The position numbers and the translations under genes were made by a program. Shown here piece by piece: positions 26,878 to 36,397 of a stretch of DNA of 64,000 nt. Within the stretch, counting starts at the first letter, position 1. The number at the start of each line of letters is the position of its first letter. This DNA comes from a virus (taxonomy: Duplodnaviria; Caudoviricetes), in the IMG/VR virus record IMGVR_UViG_3300011678_000001, positions 64,001 through 128,000 of that record; one strand, 5' to 3'. A model generated the notes under the pieces. That model did no database searches. It saw nothing but the letters and a program-made list of their open reading frames with translations, and was not told the origin of the DNA.

Positions 26878-28935
26878 ATGTACGCCAGTTTCTCGCGCAT
26901 TCTGGGATTGGTCTCTGCCAAAGAGACTGGTTCTCACATTATACTGAACGGAATTCCCGGTCTGCGTTTCTCCAGAGACATCTATAACTTCTGGAAAACA
27001 AGCAAGATCAGCAATAACCTGTTCACAGCAGTTTCGAAAAGCTCGGTGAAATTCCCCAAGTTTTACGCCATCGAGGTGCTCTACATTATCGAGCAACTCA
27101 TCGAATCGCGCAGGACGTACGTCGGTCGACGCATCCTGATCAAAGCTGCTGAGGAATTGAGACGTTCCACTTGGCTGCGTAATATAGGCGTGACCGGCTT
27201 CACTCCTCGCCTCAATTACAAAGCATTGAACGATCTCAATGTCACACCATTTCCCCATCAACTTAAATTTTTACAGGTATATGATCGGACAACGTTCGAG
27301 TATTCCCTGCAAGGCATGCTGATGGACGTCGCGGCCGGTGGTGGTAAGACCATCACCAACTATGCCCTCGGTCATTGTCTGGGTGCCGATACCAACGTCA
27401 TGGTCGTGCCGAAGAACGCGGTGCTTGATGTCTGGGTCAAGACGGTCAACATGCTGTTCAAGCAGACGCCAACCTACTGGCACAGCTTAAGTGGCACCGA
27501 TCCCGTATTAGGCCAGAAATACTACATCGTGCACTTTGACTACCTGGAGAAATTCCTGACTTTTGTCAAGGCGAACCAGGGCAGCTTCGGTCAAGTCTTC
27601 ATGGCCATTGACGAATCGCACAACTTCAACGAACAGTCAGCTCGGACGAACTACCTGATCGACCTGGCCAGCAGCCTGAATGCCCGTGACGTGGTCCATG
27701 CTTCCGGTACCCCGTTCAAGGCGATGGGATCTGAGGCGATCACTCTGCTGAAGACCATCTGCCGGGACTTCACACCGGATGCTGAAGTGGCGTTCCGTAA
27801 GATCTTCGGTAAAGAAGCCAAGCGCGCCTTGGAGATTCTGGCCAACCGGATCGGGATCGTCTCCTTTAAGGTCCTCAAACAAGACATCGAAACCCCCGGC
27901 GTGGATTACCACGAAGAAAAGGTTACGATGAAGAACGGCAACGAGTACACCCTGCCTAACGTCCGTGAGAAGATGACCAAGTTCATCGAAGAGCGCCTGG
28001 AGTTCTACCGCAAAGGCATGAAGGAGTACGAAGCCCTCTATGCCCAGTGCATGGAGTTGCACGGTGCAGCAATCGGCAGTAACAATGCGGCCAAGGCTGA
28101 GTTTGCCGAGTACAAGAAGTACATCGCCATCATCCGCAAGGGGTACGATCCGGTCACCATGAAGGACCTGGTGATGTTCTGCAACCGGTACGAACTGAAG
28201 AAGATCGTTCCAAGTTTGCCAGACCGCCTGCGTAAGCCGTTCCTGAACGTACGAGCCATCATCAAGTACGTAGACCTTAAGGTCATGGGTGAAGCCCTGT
28301 CCCAGGTGCTGGGTAGGATGCGCATCCAGTGCCATTTGGACATGCTGCCGCACATGCCGCTTGACACCATCATTGACAACGCCACCAGCAAGACGGTGAT
28401 CTTTACCAGCTACGTGGAAGTGGTCAAGGAATTGGACAAACTACTGACCGATGCCGGTTACAAGCCGCTACTGGTCTACGGGGAAACCAACAAGGACCTG
28501 ACCAACATCGTTAAGAAGTTCGATCAGGACCCGGATGCCAACCCCTTGGTGGCCACCTTCAAGAGCTTGTCGACAGCGGTGCCCTTGACCATGGCTAACA
28601 CCGAAATCTTCACCAATGCCCCGTTCCGTGACTACGAGCGGACGCAGACCATTGCCCGTGTGGACCGCATTGGTCAGAAGCACCGTTGCCATGTCTGGGA
28701 AATCTTCTTGGACACCGGGATGGAAGGCAATATCTCCACCCGCTCTAAGGACATCATGGCGTGGAGCAAGGCTCAGGTCGAGGCGATATTAGGGGTGCAA
28801 GCCCCAGACGATCTGGAAGCCTCGCTGGAGAGCATGATCGAAAACCCCAACGCGACCTTGGCCGATGCCGAACAGTACATGAGCAGTCTCAAGCAGATGC
28901 TGCCGATCGACGTCGTCGAAGAGGCGGTTGTTTAA
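26878..28935 (+). CDS. SF2 (SNF2/DEXH-like) helicase
   Basis: DVAAGGGKT, IDESH, ASGTP, QTIARVDRIGQ. Confidence 0.85.
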   Translation: MYASFSRILGLVSAKETGSHIILNGIPGLRFSRDIYNFWKTSKISNNLFTAVSKSSVKFPKFYAIEVLYIIEQLIESRRTYVGRRILIKAAEELRRSTWLRNIGVTGFTPRLNYKALNDLNVTPFPHQLKFLQVYDRTTFEYSLQGMLMDVAAGGGKTITNYALGHCLGADTNVMVVPKNAVLDVWVKTVNMLFKQTPTYWHSLSGTDPVLGQKYYIVHFDYLEKFLTFVKANQGSFGQVFMAIDESHNFNEQSARTNYLIDLASSLNARDVVHASGTPFKAMGSEAITLLKTICRDFTPDAEVAFRKIFGKEAKRALEILANRIGIVSFKVLKQDIETPGVDYHEEKVTMKNGNEYTLPNVREKMTKFIEERLEFYRKGMKEYEALYAQCMELHGAAIGSNNAAKAEFAEYKKYIAIIRKGYDPVTMKDLVMFCNRYELKKIVPSLPDRLRKPFLNVRAIIKYVDLKVMGEALSQVLGRMRIQCHLDMLPHMPLDTIIDNATSKTVIFTSYVEVVKELDKLLTDAGYKPLLVYGETNKDLTNIVKKFDQDPDANPLVATFKSLSTAVPLTMANTEIFTNAPFRDYERTQTIARVDRIGQKHRCHVWEIFLDTGMEGNISTRSKDIMAWSKAQVEAILGVQAPDDLEASLESMIENPNATLADAEQYMSSLKQMLPIDVVEEAVV

Positions 28936-28977
28936 CCAGAGGGGGTACGCCCCCCTCGTTCTTTTAGGAATGATGAA

Positions 28978-30102
28978 ATGCGAAACGCGGTGTTTACACG
29001 GGCCATGGACTTTACGGTCCATCCCGCTATTGCAAGTATGGAGTGCTTTAAACTTGTCACTTCGATGGAAGACCTCATGGAACAGGAGCGGCAAGCAGAA
29101 GCCACCGCTAACCTACTTGAAGGCATTTCGAAGCTGTCTGACAGCGAACAGGCCTCGGAACTCCTGGGGCATGTCGCTGCTCTGCAAGGGGTTGAGCCTG
29201 AGGCTATCTCCCTAGAATCCCTCGGAGCCATCATCCCGGTAGTGCGTTCGCTGTTTGGCTGGGGCAAGAAGCGTGAAGCCGATGTCGACAAAGAGCCTAA
29301 GAAGCTTAAAGAGTTGATGGAGTTTCTGAACAAGTATTACCTGAACCAGACGTGGCTATCCAAGCAGACGTTTGTGACCGGCAATGTGTCCGGAACTGAA
29401 TTGGCTGAAGCGTTGACCCGTAATAACAAGTTCTCACCCCAAACGTTTGTGGCGGACTTGACCAAGTACGCGAGCGAACTGAACGCGTTTGCCACCAAGC
29501 ACATGGCGGCGGTCAATAAGCATTCTGATGAGATCGAAGCCATTGACGATAAGTTAGTGGCGGATGTCAAGGCACTAGACAAGGAACAGCCTGATTACGA
29601 AGACCGCGTTATGGAGTTGTTCCGTGCTGCGGTCAAGAAGATGAAGGCGGTATCTGACCCGGTGAAGCTAGCCGGCGTGCATTTCAAGCTAATGGCCAAC
29701 GCTCAAACTGGGATTAAGCAGTGGCGCTACCCGAACAACCCTGGTGCTAATTGCGATGGGGTGATCAGCACACTCATTAAACCTGTCGATCCAGTGGCTG
29801 AGGTCCCGGCTATTGCCCTCGATCAAGTCAAACCGTTGGTCACTGCGATCATCTCGCTCTATGAAACCACGCACATGATCAATAAGGCCATGCCAATGTG
29901 GTGTGACCATTCTGATGGCGAGCATGGCTTCATGAGAATCCCGGAGGGGAAGGATGGTAAACTCTGGGAGGAGTACGGTGGTCTAATGTACTGGCAGGCT
30001 CAATCCAATCGTCTCGTCTGGGACATGGGGCTGGAGAAGAACACCTCCAAGGCTGTCATCGCAGTGCTGAAGTGGATCGACCGGTCCATCAAGACCCAAT
30101 AA
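28978..30102 (+). CDS. Internal head (ejection) protein, phiKZ paralog-family type
   Basis: N-terminal ASME, TSME and ISLE motifs followed by a helical domain ending in WIDRSIK. Confidence 0.65.
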   Translation: MRNAVFTRAMDFTVHPAIASMECFKLVTSMEDLMEQERQAEATANLLEGISKLSDSEQASELLGHVAALQGVEPEAISLESLGAIIPVVRSLFGWGKKREADVDKEPKKLKELMEFLNKYYLNQTWLSKQTFVTGNVSGTELAEALTRNNKFSPQTFVADLTKYASELNAFATKHMAAVNKHSDEIEAIDDKLVADVKALDKEQPDYEDRVMELFRAAVKKMKAVSDPVKLAGVHFKLMANAQTGIKQWRYPNNPGANCDGVISTLIKPVDPVAEVPAIALDQVKPLVTAIISLYETTHMINKAMPMWCDHSDGEHGFMRIPEGKDGKLWEEYGGLMYWQAQSNRLVWDMGLEKNTSKAVIAVLKWIDRSIKTQ

Positions 30103-30152
30103 AGAAAAAAAGAAACAGCACGAGAGGGAGCCTAGGCTCCCTCTCTATGCCG

Positions 30153-30443
30153 TCAGTGAATGGGTTGCAACCCTTGTTCTTCCAGTAGACGACGCATGCG
30201 ACTCACCCAGGTTTCGTTAGGCGGACGCTTAGACAACCGGGAGGCCACCTTACGACGCACCGTACGCTCTTCAAAGAGCAAGGTCACCGGATAGTAGCCA
30301 CATTTTTTATCCGGCGTACCATGGCGCACCAGTAGGCCTGAAGCGTCATCGATAGTTTCCGGTTCGACGCTCAGGTACGAGATCCCACTGTCAGCTTGGA
30401 TCTTTTGAAACACCAAGCCTTGCTTTTCGTGATAAATGTTCAT
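30153..30443 (-). CDS. Hypothetical protein
   Basis: AAGGAG RBS; terminator at 30121-30152. Confidence 0.6.
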   Translation of the reverse strand: MNIYHEKQGLVFQKIQADSGISYLSVEPETIDDASGLLVRHGTPDKKCGYYPVTLLFEERTVRRKVASRLSKRPPNETWVSRMRRLLEEQGLQPIH

Positions 30444-30454
30444 GAGGCGACTCC

Positions 30455-31114
30455 TTAGAAACTATTCAGGCCATCGAGATAGTCATTGATCTCTGCTGTT
30501 TTCTCCGCCCACTGAGCGACTTTGATTGCAGGGCAGAGGGCTTTAGAGACCAGTGGATCATGGAAGCAGTAACCGACCGGGGTGTAGACGAATTTGTCAC
30601 CCACCTCGAAGCGAACCAGATGAGCAGGGCTGATAAACGGCCCCAAGTTCAAACGACGCAGTTCTTGCATCTTCAACAGTGCATTAGGATCGTCGATCTG
30701 ACGGTAGACGTTCCCGCAGCGCTCGTAGAACAACCCGCCCAGTTCATGCCGGATCACTTGCCCGTCTTCAGAACGTTCGTTAGCGTACATGCCAGCAGGC
30801 TGGTTGACATAGACTTCTACGTCATAGATCCGGTCACAGATCTGCAGCTTGTCGATACGGTGGATTTCCAACACTGCTCCAAAGATTGGTGGCAGGAAGG
30901 AACCCATCTCCTTGAGGCGCTTTTCCGAGTCCAGCACGATGCGGTCATCTTCGTTCTGCTCGTACTTCATGATGATGACATCGCCTTTGATCTCATAACC
31001 CACTTCCGCCTCCATAGAAGGTTGGCGAGCAATAAAGAGGTTGGCAAAGACCTCTTTAGTGTGGGCTTTGATTTCTTCGATGTCAGCGTGGTCAACTACA
31101 AATGAGTAAATCAA
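30455..31114 (-). CDS. Hypothetical protein
   Basis: 219 aa; TTG start after GGAG. Confidence 0.6.
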   Translation of the reverse strand: MIYSFVVDHADIEEIKAHTKEVFANLFIARQPSMEAEVGYEIKGDVIIMKYEQNEDDRIVLDSEKRLKEMGSFLPPIFGAVLEIHRIDKLQICDRIYDVEVYVNQPAGMYANERSEDGQVIRHELGGLFYERCGNVYRQIDDPNALLKMQELRRLNLGPFISPAHLVRFEVGDKFVYTPVGYCFHDPLVSKALCPAIKVAQWAEKTAEINDYLDGLNSF

Positions 31115-31144
31115 GGTGTCTGCTCCAAAGCAGTAGGGTAGGTG

Positions 31145-31717
31145 TTATCTGACTTTCTTGCGGACCGACCACTCGTCGCGGTAGCCGCTTACAGTCACAT
31201 GGTGTTTATTCAAGCTGTGCGTCATGACCGGGATGTCAACGAACTGCTCGACCAACAGCTGCTCGAACTCATCGTTCCCGGTGCAGCCATAATGCTCACC
31301 TTGGTAGATCAGGTATTGACCGACCTGCATGTTCTTGATGATGTCGGTGGCAAACGGCTTGCTGACAGGGGGCCAGGTCATGACCACCGCATCGTACGGC
31401 CGAAGGTCAAGTTGACGGGCATCGTGATAGATGACACCGTAGTTGATATCGCTGCTGGCATAGTGACTGGAGCGGTCGTCGTATGCATCGTATTGCGTCA
31501 CGCCCAACTGTCGCAAATGCGCCGCCAGAAACCCTGTACCAGCTCCCACCTCAATGGTCTTTCGACTCTTGAGGAAACCGGCCAACCGTTCAGTCGTTTC
31601 TTTGGACAGCAGAAAGTAACACTGGGTACGAGTCAGCGCATACAGCTCATCAACCGAAGGGTCGCGGAACACCAATTCACGTAGTTGTACTTCTGTCATC
31701 AGGTCTGGCAATTGCAT
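31145..31717 (-). CDS. SAM-dependent methyltransferase-like protein
   Basis: IEVGAGTGFLA (motif I), VVMTWPP, LIYQGEHYGCTG. Confidence 0.7.
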   Translation of the reverse strand: MQLPDLMTEVQLRELVFRDPSVDELYALTRTQCYFLLSKETTERLAGFLKSRKTIEVGAGTGFLAAHLRQLGVTQYDAYDDRSSHYASSDINYGVIYHDARQLDLRPYDAVVMTWPPVSKPFATDIIKNMQVGQYLIYQGEHYGCTGNDEFEQLLVEQFVDIPVMTHSLNKHHVTVSGYRDEWSVRKKVR

Positions 31718-31724
31718 GATTGTC

Positions 31725-32081
31725 TCAGTGCATGTTCGGTTGGGTTGCATTTTCAATTACCCCGATGCTCAGGCGGATACGATCGGCCAGCTGTTCGACT
31801 TCGGCTTTAAATCGCGGCGACTTCTCAATGTCACTGACCCACATCGGCAACCCGTCAATGACACTGACGTAGGTCTGAATGCGGGCGTATGAAAAGTCAA
31901 CCAAGCGGCTGTACAGCACGATATCGTCCTTGTCGAGGATATTGATCTCCACGCCATAGGGGCGATCAATGATCTCGACGGCACAGGCTGGCTGTCCAGC
32001 AGGGACATAGTCCCCCATGAACACTTCATCGTCCAGACAGATTCGGAGCATGTTACGGATTGCGATTACGTTGAGTTCCAT
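31725..32081 (-). CDS. Hypothetical protein
   Basis: GGAG RBS before MELNVIAIRN; the track's N-terminal extension overlaps the small ORF upstream. Confidence 0.6.
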   Translation of the reverse strand: MELNVIAIRNMLRICLDDEVFMGDYVPAGQPACAVEIIDRPYGVEINILDKDDIVLYSRLVDFSYARIQTYVSVIDGLPMWVSDIEKSPRFKAEVEQLADRIRLSIGVIENATQPNMH

Positions 32082-32106
32082 GATTGATCTCCAGAAGACC
32101 AGGTTA

Positions 32107-32262
32107 TTAACGACGTGCGTAACGGAACTCAGGCACGTCCGCAAGTAATTGGCTAAGTTTTTCTCTAAGAACCCGTTTCTTTTCCAGGTGCTTATAACCT
32201 GCCACGCTAGCCGCAACACAAACAGCCACACACACCAAAGTAACGCCAGTACGTACAGTCAT
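32107..32262 (-). CDS. Small membrane-anchored protein, 51 aa (not in ORF track)
   Basis: AGGAG RBS, then MTVRTGVTLVCVAVCVAASVAGYKHLEKKRVLREKLSQLLADVPEFRYARR*; first gene after a TACAT motif. Confidence 0.7.
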   Translation of the reverse strand: MTVRTGVTLVCVAVCVAASVAGYKHLEKKRVLREKLSQLLADVPEFRYARR

Positions 32263-32296
32263 GATAAGCTCCTAAAGCTTAGAGGGTAGGATGATT

Positions 32297-32332
32297 CACT
32301 GCTATCATGTACTGTCGTAATAAATTGGAATC
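32297..32332 (-). promoter_or_regulatory. Putative phage early promoter
   Basis: Minus strand gattccaatttattacgacagTACATGATagcaGTGA, near-identical to 36326-36361. Confidence 0.65.
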
Positions 32333-32370
32333 AAGTCGGCATAAACGGAGGGCCGAAGCCCTCCGCTATG

Positions 32371-32664
32371 TTAGTTGATGGTCCTGGCCTTGTTACGGGC
32401 GTTGATCGCACGGATGTTGTTGTTGCACCGGGTGACCGACTTGACCTGATGGATGTAGGCATTGGACATGACGACCAAGCGTTCATCAGGATTGGCGTTG
32501 AGGTACTCTTCAGTCTTAGGCGGCTTAGCCACCGTGCATTCAGGGACTTCCTGATACGACCGTGCACTGCAACCACCCAATGCCACCAACATAATCAACA
32601 GCATGACGATGAACCCCAATGGCATGGGCCAACGGGGCTTACCGGTCAACGGAAAGGTACACAT
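32371..32664 (-). CDS. o-spanin-like lipoprotein
   Basis: Hydrophobic signal plus LGGC lipobox; overlaps the end of the i-spanin-like gene; true start may be MPLG. Confidence 0.65.
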   Translation of the reverse strand: MCTFPLTGKPRWPMPLGFIVMLLIMLVALGGCSARSYQEVPECTVAKPPKTEEYLNANPDERLVVMSNAYIHQVKSVTRCNNNIRAINARNKARTIN

Positions 32665-33164
32665 ACTTCATCCTCATTGTTGGTGGCCGTGCAATAGGCA
32701 CGCCAACTGTTGTTGATCACCTGAGCGGCAATCTCATCATTGACTGGACGTAGGGTGCTCTTGGCAGGGTCGAACACTTCAGCCTTGGTCGGATCACTGG
32801 TCGGACACTGGCTGTAGCGATCACGGTATTTGACCACCTCAACGATTTGCGGTGCGGCGTCAGGAATGACGGGAGCGGGGGCATCGTAACGAGCCGAACA
32901 CAGTAGGTTGACTTGCGATTGCTCGATGTCGTCAAAATTAAGCTTGATCTTCTTCTTGACACTGGTGTAGTCGTCAATGGAATCTTTAAGCTTGTTGACC
33001 TCAGCGTTCAGGTCGCCGATGGTGTCAGCTTGGGTCTTGGTCAGGGCATGGGTGTCTAGGGACCAATTGATCCAGAAACCCAAAGCGACCAGCAGCACAG
33101 CGCCACCGATCAGTTTTAAGATCAGACCATTGAGGCCTGTCAGTGCGACTAATTTGCTAAACAT
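32646..33164 (-). CDS. i-spanin-like membrane protein
   Basis: N-terminal TM, coiled coil, C-terminal Cys; paired with the lipoprotein gene. Confidence 0.6.
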   Translation of the reverse strand: MFSKLVALTGLNGLILKLIGGAVLLVALGFWINWSLDTHALTKTQADTIGDLNAEVNKLKDSIDDYTSVKKKIKLNFDDIEQSQVNLLCSARYDAPAPVIPDAAPQIVEVVKYRDRYSQCPTSDPTKAEVFDPAKSTLRPVNDEIAAQVINNSWRAYCTATNNEDEVCVPFR

Positions 33165-33246
33165 CAGAAAGGCCTCATAGGGACGTGACTCATATTAGTA
33201 GTGAGTCGGTATAAGGAGCCGCCCAACCGGACGGCTCCCTTGAGGC

Positions 33247-33612
33247 TTACAGCTGCGCGATGAACGCGGCGAGGATGGCAGCGGACAGGGCTGTGATGGT
33301 CACTTTGCGGCGCTTGGCTTCTTCGGCCAACTTAGCGCGGTGCTCGGGACTCAACTTGCCGCCGACCAGGCTCGCGAAGAACACGGACAGATCGACCTGT
33401 TCTTTCTGAGGCTTCTTTGCAGCTGCGCGCTTAGCTACAGGCTTCGCAGTTGCCTTTACAGGCGCCTTGGGCGTGGCTTTGGCCGCAGGCTTAGCCTTGG
33501 GTGCAGCAACAGGCTTCTTGGCTGCTACAGGCGTTACAGGGGCTTTGACGGGCTTCTTAGCCGCAGGCTTCTTCACTACCTTGTCTTCAGACGCTTTCTT
33601 GGCAGATGCCAT
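33247..33612 (-). CDS. Histone H1/AlgP-like K/A/P-rich DNA-binding protein
   Basis: KKPAAKKPVKAP repeats over ~70 aa plus a short helical C-terminal domain. Confidence 0.7.
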   Translation of the reverse strand: MASAKKASEDKVVKKPAAKKPVKAPVTPVAAKKPVAAPKAKPAAKATPKAPVKATAKPVAKRAAAKKPQKEQVDLSVFFASLVGGKLSPEHRAKLAEEAKRRKVTITALSAAILAAFIAQL

Positions 33613-33678
33613 GGTGCATTCCTTGTTCAGTGTGTGGGCAGATGGGTCATCATCGTTGGATTTCCCATATGATGGCCA

Positions 33679-34233
33679 CTAGCTATCACTTTTCAAGGAG
33701 AAGATGTTTACCAGGCGATTTCCATCGGCAAACACCAAGGGCTTGCTGTCTGGGTCACACTTACGACCAATAAGGTCAAAGAGACTGTTGCTCACTTCGA
33801 GCCGTAAGACTGGATGTGCCTCAAGCTTACTGACCACCCCATCGCCGACCAAGAAGAACATCCGCTTGGCCTTAGGTCCCGAAGGATGATGGAAGACGAA
33901 CTTCTCACGGCCGGGTGTTTTGCTGGGTAACGGGTACGCACCCAATAGCACCAGTTCGCTGACCCACCGGTCAATGATCTGAGGGTACCCTTCGGCGTAA
34001 TACATGCACCCCAGTTGCTTCTTATCCAGGATCTCTCGAACGATGTCAGTTACCGATTGCTTGAGCATCATCCGAGCAAAGTCAGGACCAAGACCACCCT
34101 TGAGGTCTAAGAAGACGTAGAAGGTGTCTTGTTGGATCACGGTTTCAAGGATTTGCTTCTTGATCAGTCTTAACAGCTTCTTTTTCCTTGAGCGATGCAT
34201 GCACAGGTCCAAGAGCATCGACAGGTATCGCAT
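33679..34233 (-). CDS. Hypothetical protein
   Basis: ORF; start uncertain because it overlaps the upstream gene. Confidence 0.5.
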   Translation of the reverse strand: MRYLSMLLDLCMHRSRKKKLLRLIKKQILETVIQQDTFYVFLDLKGGLGPDFARMMLKQSVTDIVREILDKKQLGCMYYAEGYPQIIDRWVSELVLLGAYPLPSKTPGREKFVFHHPSGPKAKRMFFLVGDGVVSKLEAHPVLRLEVSNSLFDLIGRKCDPDSKPLVFADGNRLVNIFSLKSDS

Positions 34234-34663
34234 AATGGTAAATTCCGTCTTGGAGGCTATCGATCAATTGCGGGAGATGTAACGCCACCAATGTGGACAG
34301 AGCCTTATGGAGTCGGTAGATCGTGGTCATGGTGTTGGCCTTGTGGATCACTGCTTGCAACATGCAGTACTCACCCCTGAAGGGCAGCAACAACCCATTG
34401 ACCGCTTTAAAGCTGGGTTCATCGAAAGCATATCCTTCTGTCCCAACTGCGACCAAGTGCCAGAAGTCGTACTTGTCGTTGTCCTTAAAGACAATCTCCC
34501 AGGTGGAGTCGTAGATACCGAGCTTACCCGAGTACTGCCTGGATTCTGCTTCAGGATTCATGTCGACAAAGTCCTGCCTGATCACTTCGCTATTGTATAG
34601 ATAATCTTCTACCTCGTGAGGTTCAGGACATGACCCTTCACGGAAAACGAGCAGCTTTTTCAT
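34145..34663 (-). CDS. Hypothetical protein
   Basis: 172 aa ORF. Confidence 0.55.
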   Translation of the reverse strand: MKKLLVFREGSCPEPHEVEDYLYNSEVIRQDFVDMNPEAESRQYSGKLGIYDSTWEIVFKDNDKYDFWHLVAVGTEGYAFDEPSFKAVNGLLLPFRGEYCMLQAVIHKANTMTTIYRLHKALSTLVALHLPQLIDSLQDGIYHYAIPVDALGPVHASLKEKEAVKTDQEANP

Positions 34664-34724
34664 CAGTGTAGCCCTTCACAATTCTACACTATCGGCCTAA
34701 GTTTTATTTATTAACGAGGACACC

Positions 34725-35192
34725 ATGCGCCATCTCTATCACGGCTCAGGCTATCAGCAGAACGAACTCAAACCGGGCATTCACTACACCGGTGAGAAGG
34801 TCGAATGGGACAAGACCGAATCCAATGAGTGGTTGTACGCGACCACCTCCATGGAAGAAGCCATTGCTCAAGGGTTTGCCTCCACTGTTGAGAAACACTA
34901 CGCCCTCGCGCGGTTCATGTCCCACGGTCGAGACCTGACCTTGGTGTTCGACAAGCAGGTGCCAACGCTCCAACAACTGACCGACCTTAAGGTGTACCTC
35001 TACAAGATCGATTGGGACATTGCACAGTGGGTCAAGGTCAACAACCTGCACAATGGCATGGAGACTGAATACAAGACCCAAGCCACCCTCAAGGGCGATG
35101 TGATCGACAGTTGTACCCAGGTGGACCTTAAGCAGTGGCTGAGTCGCAAGACGGTCAAACTGCTGAGTAAGAAAGCGGCCCTGAACTGGTGA
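34725..35192 (+). CDS. Possible ADP-ribosyltransferase-fold protein (Arr-like)
   Basis: GAGGA RBS; LYHGS..LKPG..SNEWLYATTSMEEAI..VYLY..E pattern. Confidence 0.5.
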   Translation: MRHLYHGSGYQQNELKPGIHYTGEKVEWDKTESNEWLYATTSMEEAIAQGFASTVEKHYALARFMSHGRDLTLVFDKQVPTLQQLTDLKVYLYKIDWDIAQWVKVNNLHNGMETEYKTQATLKGDVIDSCTQVDLKQWLSRKTVKLLSKKAALNW

Positions 35193-35248
35193 TTTAGAAT
35201 GAAGCCTGTCTATGGTGTGGTTCTATTCCATCCCCCTAGGATCTCACC

Positions 35249-35605
35249 ATGGACATTCAGATCAACGCAGGCGCTCTCATCGATGAAAACTGGCTTAAGG
35301 ACGAATACACTAAGTTGTTCTTGGGATTAGACCACAGCGGTAACTACATCCATCCGCAGAAGGCCATCACGTTAGAGTGCTGGCGGTGTCTCCCAGACTG
35401 CGTACGTGAAACAGGTCCAGCCTTCAAAGAAACCCCTGAGGCCTTGGTGCTGGCTGTCTTGCGTAAAGGGGGTCAGTTCTACTCGCTATATACCAATGTC
35501 CAAGCCAAGACCAACGGTGAGGTCTTAGCCTGGTTGACGACGATACATCGCTACCCTGAAGGCGACCTGAACCAAGTCACGATTGAGCAGCTTGAAACCG
35601 CCTGA
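35249..35605 (+). CDS. Hypothetical protein
   Basis: AGGA RBS; converges on the terminator at ~35620-35640. Confidence 0.6.
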   Translation: MDIQINAGALIDENWLKDEYTKLFLGLDHSGNYIHPQKAITLECWRCLPDCVRETGPAFKETPEALVLAVLRKGGQFYSLYTNVQAKTNGEVLAWLTTIHRYPEGDLNQVTIEQLETA

Positions 35606-35656
35606 CAAAGAAAAAAGAAAGAGGGGCGTTGGCCCCTCGATCTATTTTGACTCACC

Positions 35657-36274
35657 TCAACGACCGTTGAGGAAGTCTTTGGCTTGCTTGGCAGTGAGGT
35701 TCTGAATCCCCTTGCCACCGAACCGTGAAGCACTGCTGCTGATGCCCATGAACTCACCTTGAGCACTATCACTTTCAAGGCTCTCGTACGAGGCCACAAA
35801 GGAGATATGGCCTTTGGTCACATGCAGTACACCGGACTGCCCGTCCAACATGGCACGGTGATAACCCCTTGCCAGATGTTGAGGGCGCGTGTTGAAGTCG
35901 TCCCAGCTCAGTTCGATCACGTCGGGACGACGGATGTTACTGACGAAGTTGCTCCAAAATAGCGGGGTAGCAATGACCTTCTCAGGCTTGGGTTCAGCCA
36001 CCCGCATGCGCGATACAGAAACCATGCCGATAGCCGGATCATGCTTGACTATATCTTCAGGGACTTTAGCAACCGGTGCTTGTTCTTCAGCAACAGGCTC
36101 AGGTGTGGGCGTCGGTTCAACGACCGGTTCGGTGGGTTCGGGTTGCTTGTACTGAGTGGCCACTGGTGTGGTCATGGTCAGTTGGACTTTACGGCCGGCT
36201 ACCAACTTGGCACCCAGACCACCGAGTGCAGCAGCACCCACGACACCCGCAGCGATGATAGCAGATTTAGACAT
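35657..36274 (-). CDS. Membrane-anchored early protein with Pro/Glu-rich linker
   Basis: TAAGGAG RBS before MSKSAIIAAGVVGAAALGGLG; EPTEPVVEPTPTPEP linker. Confidence 0.7.
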   Translation of the reverse strand: MSKSAIIAAGVVGAAALGGLGAKLVAGRKVQLTMTTPVATQYKQPEPTEPVVEPTPTPEPVAEEQAPVAKVPEDIVKHDPAIGMVSVSRMRVAEPKPEKVIATPLFWSNFVSNIRRPDVIELSWDDFNTRPQHLARGYHRAMLDGQSGVLHVTKGHISFVASYESLESDSAQGEFMGISSSASRFGGKGIQNLTAKQAKDFLNGR

Positions 36275-36325
36275 GATGTTCTCCTTAAGAACAGGGTAGT
36301 CAGAGGGAAGAAGGTTCTTCCTTAT

Positions 36326-36361
36326 CACTGCTATCATGTATTGCCATAAAAAATTGGAATC
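36326..36361 (-). promoter_or_regulatory. Putative phage early promoter
   Basis: Minus strand gattccaattttttatggcaaTACATGATagcaGTGA. Confidence 0.65.
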
Positions 36362-36397
36362 GGCATAAAGGAGGGCGCAGGCCCTCCCCTATGTTTG

